Assembly: GCF_009914755.1 (NCBI RefSeq)
Contig: NC_060944.1
From: the human T2T-CHM13v2.0 reference genome, Homo sapiens
Strand: one strand, 5' to 3'
DNA length: 64,000 nt
Shown here: positions 41,631 to 64,000 of the stretch, piece by piece
Position numbering within the stretch: position 1 is the first letter of the stretch
How the letters are laid out: every line of letters starts with the position of its first letter
The notes under the pieces: model-generated
The model's database searches: none
What the model was told of the DNA's origin: nothing
Seen by the model: the letters and a program-made list of their open reading frames with translations, nothing else
Program-made: the position numbers and the translations under genes

Positions 41631-42804
41631 TGTTTTAAGTTTTTATAAGGAAACTCTATTAAAGTATTAATTGCATAAGTAGAAACTAATAAAAATTTTA
41701 AACTTCCCCAACTTTCCTCTGAGTTGGGAACCCCAACTCATAATATCTGGTTGGGTGGAGGGAGTCACCCATAGCAGAATCTACTTCCAATCTAGATTTT
41801 TTTCCTCTTGTAATCAATAAAGCCAAAATCATTCATTTATTTTACTTACTTGTTTACAGTCATTCGTTTTCCTTGTCATTCCTTCCCCTATCCCCTTTTA
41901 AAGCTTGCCAGGACAGTTATTTTTTAAATACAGTCAGCATAACCACCCAAGGGTTAGCAGTTGTGGTTCTTGGAGAATTTCACTTTCATAGTTTACCCTG
42001 TGAAATATATTAACTTCGATTCAAAGGACTTTAAATCTCTTATGTAAATCTATCCAGAGATGTGCTGCTTTGTGAAACTCCTCCCAATGCCCATACATCT
42101 TTACAATCAAAGGATTACTCCTGTTTCCAATCAGATGTAAAGTACACACTGCAGCCAAAAGAAACTGGTACATTTCAGAATCAAAGCATAACCAGACCAC
42201 ATAGGGAGTGAGAGAAAACCTGTTCTGTGAGGAGCACGTACCCGGTGTGCAGGGCTGCCCCCTCCACTATGCTGCTATTTTGTTGTTCTGTGCCAAAACC
42301 CAAGTTTTCGTTGTTGTTTGTTTTTTCGAATGTTCCAGTTTCTATTTCTCTCTGCGTGGGCCTGGCTAAATCCCATTGATGTTCATGGAAAGTGTGTGCT
42401 CATACAAAGACAGGAGCCGCTCACTAACCTCCCTGCTGCAAATAAATACCACCTCCTAAATTATCACGTCTCCCTTCACATATACACACACAGTTCTCAT
42501 TAATCCTAGGGGCCACGCCATGCCTTAGTATTTTTACTAGAGACAGGGTTTCACCGTATTGGCCAGGCTGGTGAAATTGCCTTACAAAGAGATGCAAATG
42601 TAGTCCAGGAATAAATTCCAACCATCCAATTTAGGAGGTCCTTAATATCCATTCACAGATATTTAGAAAGAAGCTTTAATGGGCAGGGGAAGGGGGGCTG
42701 TTGAAGGAGGCAGCTGTTGGAGCTGGTGAAGAATCATAGGCAGTGACAACTCACAGACAAGCAACTCTGAAAGTGCAAGCCTCTTTTGCCAAGTTGTACC
42801 TCAA

Positions 42805-43050
42805 AAATAAATTCACTAAAGCAAAGCTAATCTATGGGAGATAGAAATCAGAAAAGCAGTTGCCTGGGGTGGTGGGGGCGGGTGGGGTGATAGGAACAGG
42901 CACTGGGGAACTTCCTGGGGTGATGGAAATGTTCCATATCTTGATTGAGGTGGTATTTATGTGGAGGCTGACAAATGTCAAAACTCAATGAACTGAAAAC
43001 TGAAGATCTGTGTATTTTATGGTATATAGATTATATCTCAATAACAAAAA
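42805..43050 (+). mobile_element. L1ME/L1MC 3'-end fragment
   Basis: agaaatcaga...gttgcctgggg...ggtgatggaaatgttccatatcttgatt...aaaactca pattern. Confidence 0.6.
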
Positions 43051-43162
43051 TACTCCACATTTATTTGGTCATCATATAATGTTACAGATTATTTCTGCTC
43101 TCCTGAGTTACTTCTCCCCTAACATATTAGTACCAAGAAAAAATTATTAAAAGCTAAAACAT

Positions 43163-47813
<4,651 letters not shown>

Positions 47814-48307
47814 CTAGCTCTCAGGATGCTACTTCACCCCAAAATGACTCAGAGCAGAAAAGAACTATTCTCGTCATTTCAGAAGCACCTGCATTGTTTG
47901 TGTGGAAGAAATGACCTCCCTTCCTCTTCTCAGGGCAAGAGCTGCTGGCATCACTTGTCTGATAACATGGCACGTATGGCGTATGCACGCCCACTCCCTG
48001 GTCCCTGAGCATCTGGCTTCCTCCACTCCACAAGCACGTCTACACCAAATCCTTATCATCCCTCACCTACTGCCAACAGCAAAAAGGTTTATTGTTTTTG
48101 TTTCTTTAAGGAGAGCCTAAATCTTTTTTATGTTTACAACTTTCTCTTAGTCAAAAAAATTTAATAAGTTGGGCGTGTCGGCTCATATCTGTAATCCTAG
48201 CACCTTGGAAGGCCAAGGTAGGTGGATTCCTGAGCCCAGGAGTTGGAGATGAGTATGTGCCACATAATGAGATCCTGTCTCTACACAAAGCTTTAAAATT
48301 AGCCAAG

Positions 48308-50248
<1,941 letters not shown>

Positions 50249-50354
50249 AAAATTATCCAGGCATGGTGGCATGTGCCTGTAGTCCCAGCCACACAGGGGG
50301 CTGGGGCAGGAGGATTCCTTTAGCATAGGAATTCAAGGCTGCAGTGAGCTATGA

Positions 50355-51106
<752 letters not shown>

Positions 51107-51149
51107 TCATAATACCTCAGTTTGGAGAAAAAAGGGTATCTATTCTGCC

Positions 51150-51575
51150 CTCTCCATAGCTCAGTTACATTGGACCTCTTTCTGTTTCTCAAATGCTCTA
51201 AGCACATGCCTGCTGCAGGGCCTTTGCATCACTGCCCCCTGGAATAGTCTCCTTCCCATCACTCCTCAGGAGGCCTTTCACAGCCACACAGGCTAAGGCT
51301 GCCCCTTCACATCTCCTACCCTTCACCTTCATTCATGTAAAAAATACTAAATGTATCTGGGATACCCCATCTGTCCTACGACCTTATTCTGTTACCTTCA
51401 GAGCACTTTTCACAATTTGTAACAATTTCATTTACTGGTTTATTGTCTATCCCTTCTGAATGTCAGCCCCACAGGGCAGAAATATTTGTCTACTCTGTTC
51501 ATTGCTGCACCCCCAGAACCCAGCACAGGGCCTGGCACACAGCAGGTGCTCAACCACCATCTGCCAAATCAATGG
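51150..51575 (+). mobile_element. L2 3' fragment
   Basis: cagggcctttgca...gaatgtcagc.ccacagggcag...cctggcacacagcaggtgctca. Confidence 0.7.
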
Positions 51576-51734
51576 AGAAAGAAAAGGAGGCGAGGGAAGG
51601 AACAGAGGGGCTACTCGGTTCTGCTACACATCGCATGCACAAAAGCATAGATTCTGCTACTTTTCCAACCCCTCACACTCAAATACTCTACATTGGTTAA
51701 AAAGAAAATGTGATCCCAGGAAACAATTCAAATA

Positions 51735-52355
<621 letters not shown>

Positions 52356-52646
52356 TAGACTTGTGCCATATACAATAAACATACAATAAATCCTTGTTGA
52401 GATAATGCAAGACCCAACAGCTAAATGAATAAATGAACGGCACAGGCTTTGCTATAGTTTGATCCAGGCGGTATATGAAATGGAGCTTCAACGTTAAAGT
52501 CTCAGAGACTCCCAATGTATTGGCCTAAGGGCATCCTTTCCCTTACAAGGCCACCATCCCATTCCAGATGCCTGAGTGAGAGAAACAAAGAACTTTCTGT
52601 TTCCAAACCTCTAAGGTTACTGAACAAACAATGCCGATTAACTTAC

Positions 52647-52760
52647 CAGGGGAACCCAGTAGGTATAGAGTGCACCAAGTCTCATTTCGGGAACAAACTG
52701 AGAGCAGGCAAGAAGTAAGAAATAGAGGTTGAAAAAGTATTTGAACTGGTTGAACAGCAC
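52647..52760 (-). CDS. ATP9A: ATP9A exon 3 (114 bp, phase 0-0): [38 protein letters not shown] (TM1, start of TM2)
   Basis: Acceptor TTCCAG|GTG, donor CTG|GTAAGT; in frame with exon 2. Confidence 0.97.
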
Positions 52761-52859
52761 CTGGAATGGAGGGAGACAACAGAGAAAGACATTCAGGGCT
52801 TGTCTGATGAGATCTGGAACATTTGGTGGGAAATGAATAACATTTAAAAACATTCCTGC

Positions 52860-56580
<3,721 letters not shown>

Positions 56581-56661
56581 CATGACATGACATAACATCT
56601 GTACCAATGCATGTATTTGTGATGGAAAAAAGAAAAGAGCACGGTCCCTGCCTGCACGTAC

Positions 56662-56806
56662 CCCAGGAAGAAAGGTGAAGAAATTGTACTTCTGATTGTT
56701 GATGACATTCCGAGGATACCTCTGGTCTCTCTTCTCGGGGTGCCCCAGCCAGACAGTGCGGGGCCTGGCCTCCCCTCCACCGCAGCATCTCAGCCACTCG
56801 CAGCAC
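56662..56806 (-). CDS. ATP9A: ATP9A coding exon 2 (145 bp): (G)[48 protein letters not shown]
   Basis: Minus-strand acceptor TTTCCCACAG| (AG at 56808-56807) and donor GGG|GTACGT. Contains the P4-ATPase N-terminal [11 protein letters not shown] motif and matches the recalled ATP9A protein. Confidence 0.97.
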
Positions 56807-57013
56807 CTGTGGGAAAGAAACCCACGCATCAAGGCCACGCCCACGCATCGAGGCTGTGCTCATGTCTGCCCACTCTTCGCAGATTGCTTTTCTCTACAGC
56901 ATCTTCTCTGGCTCAGGACCACAGCCATATTTGAGGCTTCATCTTTCAGTGAAACAAGAAAACAGAGCAGAAGCTCCCACGAAGCTGTGGTCCAAATAAA
57001 AGATGCTTTGTCC

Positions 57014-58633
<1,620 letters not shown>

Positions 58634-60055
58634 TCAGCCTTATTCCAAAGCCTAGTGTCTTTTCCCCACCCCATGCTGTCACAGCTGCTAGTTCCACCAA
58701 GATTGCTATATAAAGGAAAAGGGGGAGCGGGGGAATCTCCTCTCCACCCCCAGCTTTCCTTTTCAGCAACACATTAGAGGAGCAAGCCACAAAGATGATG
58801 TCTCAGAGCTCGATATAACCTGGAGAGAAGCCAGCACACCAGCTGTCGGCAGAACGACCCCAAGGGCGCCCCCAACGTGGTTTTCCCAAGAGGACAGCTC
58901 ATTGGTGCCAACATCAGCACCCCCACTCCCAGGTCACCCTCCCACGAGGCAAAGGAACACCTAGGAATCTGGGCTGCTCTGGCAAAACGAGGTGCTCTGA
59001 GGACCCCAAAAACGGCAGCTTGTCCTTCAGGAGAGCTTTATTAAACAAGGCACTCTGAGAAGTACAAGCTCCCGAAAAACTGCAACAAAAACGTCCCTCG
59101 CTGGACCGCTCACCTCACCGCCCCAGCACTCAAAGGCTGAGGCAAGGTCCCAGCCCTGCCAGCCCCCTGGGATGTCGCCAGCTAAGGTGAAACCAACAAC
59201 TCACATATTACTCGTCCACCACAGACCTTCCTTCTTCCCTTGTTCCCACAGAGCAGGTCCTGGTGGGTGCTGGGGTACAGAGCTAAGAAAACACAGCCTC
59301 TGTCCATCAGGACCTTAAAGATGAGCGAGCCAGCAGGCTGCCTGCTCAGATGCTCAAAATTTCCATGATGAAACACAATGCTCTTTCTTAAAAATAGCAT
59401 CCTCATTCCAGTAAACCAGCATTCATGGTGGAGTGTGGCTCTGCTAAGGTTTCACTTCTAGTAACTCATTCTTGTTGGCCCCTTTCTAAGTTGTCCAAAA
59501 GCCAGAGACACACACAGAAGCCTCAAGGAGTCCAACCACTCTCGCCACTCCTGTTTCCAAGTGCAAATCACCCATGCTGGCCATCAGTGGACACTCACTG
59601 AATACATTTTGAATGAATGGAGGAAGCAAAGAGGGAGGGGGAGAGGAAAAGGATGGGAGAAAAAGGGGAAGGAGGAGAGGAGCGAAGGAAGATTCATTTG
59701 ACAGAAAGCGCATCACCGTATTTGCAGAAACCTTACTGGATGGTGAAGACTGACTCCTCTAAGAGCCAGTAATTCTCTCCCTATCCTATAATAATCTAGT
59801 AATGACTGTCTTCATAGTTGTACAGTTCTAATGAAAGATGAAAAATGAATTTAAGAGAATCACAAACTGTCAGGTTGACTGTTTATACAAAATTTTTGTT
59901 CTGTTTTGTTTTAGCAGAAGTTTCCAGACATCAAGCTATCCGGTTACAGTTATGCTATTTATTAATTACTTAGCCTATCACCTTTGTGCATATGCACAAA
60001 GTACAGGTCACTCACTGCACTATGGGAGCAAGAGATTGGAAACAAATCTAACCAT

Positions 60056-61233
<1,178 letters not shown>

Positions 61234-61314
61234 ACCGTTCATCAAAGGAAGACTGGTTAAATAAACAGGGATAAGCCATAAATGAAATTCCTAACCCCCT
61301 CTAAAGCATAAGGT

Positions 61315-62033
61315 CCTCTTCCGGTTCCAGGCACTTCGGGAGCTGTGGGTTCGGTGCAGACATGTCCAAGTCCACATACAACCACACACAACCAGGCCCG
61401 AAAATGGAACAGAAATGGCATCAAGAAATCCCAGTCCACGTGTATCCCATTTTGGTTTTTTTAAGAAGAAATTTAAAAAAGAAAGAAAGAAAGAAAGGAA
61501 GAAATCCCAGTCACAAAGATATGACTTTCTTAAGTGGGTGAACCCCAAGTTCCTGAGGAACATGCACTTTGCCAAGAAGTACAAGAAGAAGTGCATGAAG
61601 AAGATGCAGGCCAACACCACCAAGGCCCTGAGTGCACACGCCGAGGCTATCAAGACCCTTGTAAAGTCCAAAGAGGTTAAGCCCAAGATCTCAAAGGGTG
61701 TCGGCAGCAAAATTCATCGACTTGCCTACATTGCCCACTCCAAACTTGGGACGCATGCTCATGCCCGCACTGCTAAGGGTCTTAGGCTGTGCTGGCCAAA
61801 GGCCAAGAATCAAACCAAGGCCCAGACTGCAGCTCCAGCTTCAGTTCCAGCTCAGGCTCTCAAAAGTGCCCACGCCCCTAAAAGGCTTCAGAGTAGAGAT
61901 CTCCATCTGCAAACATGAGGACAGAAGGATTGGTATGACCTCTGGGCTGCCGTCTGCATGGGGTTGGTATCTTCCTGTGCTATTTGTACAAATAAGCCTG
62001 AGGCAGGGGGAAACAAACAAAAAAAAGAATAAA
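61315..62033 (+). pseudogene. RPL29 processed pseudogene in ATP9A intron 1, antisense to ATP9A
   Basis: 5' pyrimidine tract (cctcttcc), ATG at 61362, intronless RPL29-like peptide (PKFLRNM.FAKK...KKMQAN..KA.SA.AEAIK.LVK.KEVKPKI), 3'UTR with mutated polyA signal (aataag) and A-rich tail. Frameshifted. Possible degraded TSD aaagcataaggt (61303-61314) / aaagaataaaat (62024-62035). Confidence 0.95.
61437..61498 (+). mobile_element. 62-bp insertion inside the RPL29 pseudogene, resembling the extreme 3' end plus A tail of an older L1PA
   Basis: Flanked by a perfect 14-bp TSD aagaaatcccagtc (61423-61436, 61499-61512). cacgtgtatcccattt...agaagaaat resembles recalled L1PA11/12 termini. Confidence 0.75.
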
Positions 62034-62679
62034 ATAGCACTGTGTGCACAAAATGACCCAATCTGCAAAATACACAAAACCGAAAAGCAAGGGGCTAAAA
62101 GGTGTGTGTAGGATGCTATTCTTTGCACGAAAGCAAGAGGACATACATGCAGGGAGATGCTTGCATGAGCACAGACAATCTCCATGACGAGCTAATAACA
62201 CTGGCTCCCTTTCAGGAAGAAGGAGTAGGGAGAACTTTTCCTGTATATTCTTTTAGTAAGATTTGCATTTTTTACATTCTACACATATTGTCTATGGGAC
62301 TAAATGTTTCTGCAGCTAAATTCATAAGAGTAAGCATTATTTTATTAAGCGCTTACCCGGTACAAAGTACTATTCTAGGTCCTCTGGGACCAAACATTGG
62401 AACAGAATCCTTGCCTTCTCCTTCCTCACAATCTCATTGCAAAACTGGAGTGTTTGGCACAGGATAAAATAAGAACTTTGTGTTACCTGAGCCAAAAGCC
62501 CATCTCATTTAACCAATTTGATTGTTACCACATTCATTCAGTCTTCACCTGCACTGAATATAACTTACACCTTTTAATACAGGACTTATTTGACTTTCAA
62601 GTCAATAGATACTGAACACTTAGTAACAACAACAAGGCAAGTAATAGCAGCTTCCTTTTTGTCACTCCTCCATTCCCAA

Positions 62680-63240
62680 AGTGTGCCCTGAGTGTTTGCA
62701 CAGTGGCCAGCCCTCGCCTAGGCACCGGGCATTCAGTAGCGAACAGGACAGACAAGGTCCTCCTCCCATGGACCTTGTAGCCTAGTGGAGGGAGACAGTA
62801 AACAACTTCCAAAGAAAATAAGGCCAGGGGCCAGAGAGTGAATGAGGAAGGGGTGTGGCTCCGGGAATGGGTGGCCAGGGAGGTGAGGGGACAGTTTAGC
62901 TGAGTGCCAAGAAGAAGCTGCCATGCACCCATACAAGGAAGTGCAATCCAGGCAGATGGAACTGCACAGGCAAAGATCCGGAGGTGGGAGGCAGCCTGGC
63001 ACTCGCAAAGCATGCAAAGACTGGCTGCAGCAGAAATGCACCCATCACGGGGAGAAGATAAAGGACAAGGAGGGAGGAGATGGGGGGCGGACAACACAGG
63101 GCTTTGTCACCAGGGCAAGGAGTCTAGATGTTACTCCATACACAGTGTGGATCATTTGAAGGTTATAAGCAGGAGAGTGGAATGATCTCATTTATAGTTT
63201 TAAAAGGTCCCCCAGGCCACTGGTCAGAGAAAACACTGCA
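62680..63240 (-). mobile_element. L2 fragment
   Basis: gaacaggacagacaaggtcc..cct..catgga.ctt..agcctagtgg; continues at about 63640-63750. Confidence 0.65.
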
Positions 63241-63259
63241 GTGAGCAAGAGCTGAAGCA

Positions 63260-63605
63260 GATAATGGGTATAGGGTTTCTTTTTATGGGAATGAAATGTT
63301 CTCACATTGTAGTTACTCTTATTTTTTTTTTTGTCTTTTGTTTTTGTTTTTTTTTTCCTTTTTCTGGAGAACGGGGTCTCGCTATATTGCCCAGGCAGGT
63401 CTCGAACTCCTGGGCTCAAGCTATCCTCCTGACTCTTGCTTCCCTGAGAGCTGGGATTACAGGCGGGAGCCACCGCGCCTGGCCCTCACATTGTAGTGAT
63501 AGCTACACAACTCTACAAATACACTAAAACTTGCTGAATTGTACACTTTAAATAGGTGAATTATAAGGTATGTGAGTTATGTCTCAATGAAACTGTTATA
63601 TTAAC
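63260..63605 (+). mobile_element. Old L1M 3'-end fragment interrupted by an antisense Alu monomer (about 63320-63484)
   Basis: tgaattgtacactttaaa.aggtgaatt.ta.ggtatgtga motif; ctcacattgtagt is duplicated around the Alu. Confidence 0.65.
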
Positions 63606-63799
63606 AACAACAAAAAAAACAGAAACAGGAATTATTTATGAGGCTGGTGCCATCATCCAGGCAAGACTATAGAGCAGTCCAGACTAAGGGGGGTGGCAGT
63701 GGGGGAGTGAGGAGTAGGGTACTAGGGTACAGACTCTCGATATGTTATAGATGTAGAAATGCACAATCTCTAAAATGTCAAAAATGAAAAAGAAATGCA

Positions 63800-63995
63800 C
63801 TGTCTCATTTAATGTTCACAACAATCCTACAAGGTACTAGCACCATTCCCATTGTTACAGTGGATAAAGTGAGCCCCAGAGGACTCAGTGACCTGCCCAA
63901 AATCATCTGCTACATCCGCTCTCTCTCCTACTAAGGGGTGGAAGCAGGAATGGAGCCCAGGCCTGTCTGATCCAGACCCTGGGCTAAGAGCTCTC
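63800..63995 (-). mobile_element. MIR
   Basis: catttaat.ttcacaacaatcct..aggt...attcccatt.tacag. Confidence 0.65.
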
Positions 63996-64000
63996 TGCAT

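Noticed and set aside
58863-58882. CTCF-like gcgcccccaacgtgg in a CpG-containing patch
   Set aside because: Needs a 1-nt gap in the core, and the patch is too short and CpG-poor to call an island or promoter.

Overview
Primate (human-like) genomic DNA, very Alu-dense. The window lies inside one minus-strand gene, ATP9A, a class-2 P4-type ATPase. I reconstructed ten internal coding exons from AG/GT boundaries and frame continuity: 145, 114, 109, 59, 52, 95, 81, 76, 77 and 161 bp. Calling them exons 2-11 assumes a single upstream coding exon outside the window. They encode the N-terminal tail, TM1-2, the actuator domain with DGET, and TM3-4 up to the PIS(L) motif. Intron 1 holds an RPL29 processed pseudogene interrupted by a 62-bp L1-like insertion. 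The rest is Alus, L1/L2/MIR fragments, DNA transposons, MaLR LTR fragments and microsatellites. I found no evidence of a wholly new biological system. The best leads are the in-frame exon 5-9 cassette (a stop-free 363-nt circle if back-spliced), inverted Alus flanking exons 2-3, competing hairpins/G4 with YCAY motifs upstream of exon 6, a reframed chimeric RPL29 ORF, CTCF and RFX motifs, and several nested or serial retrotransposition scars. Repeat boundaries are approximate, and repeat subfamily names come from recalled consensus sequences, not a database search.
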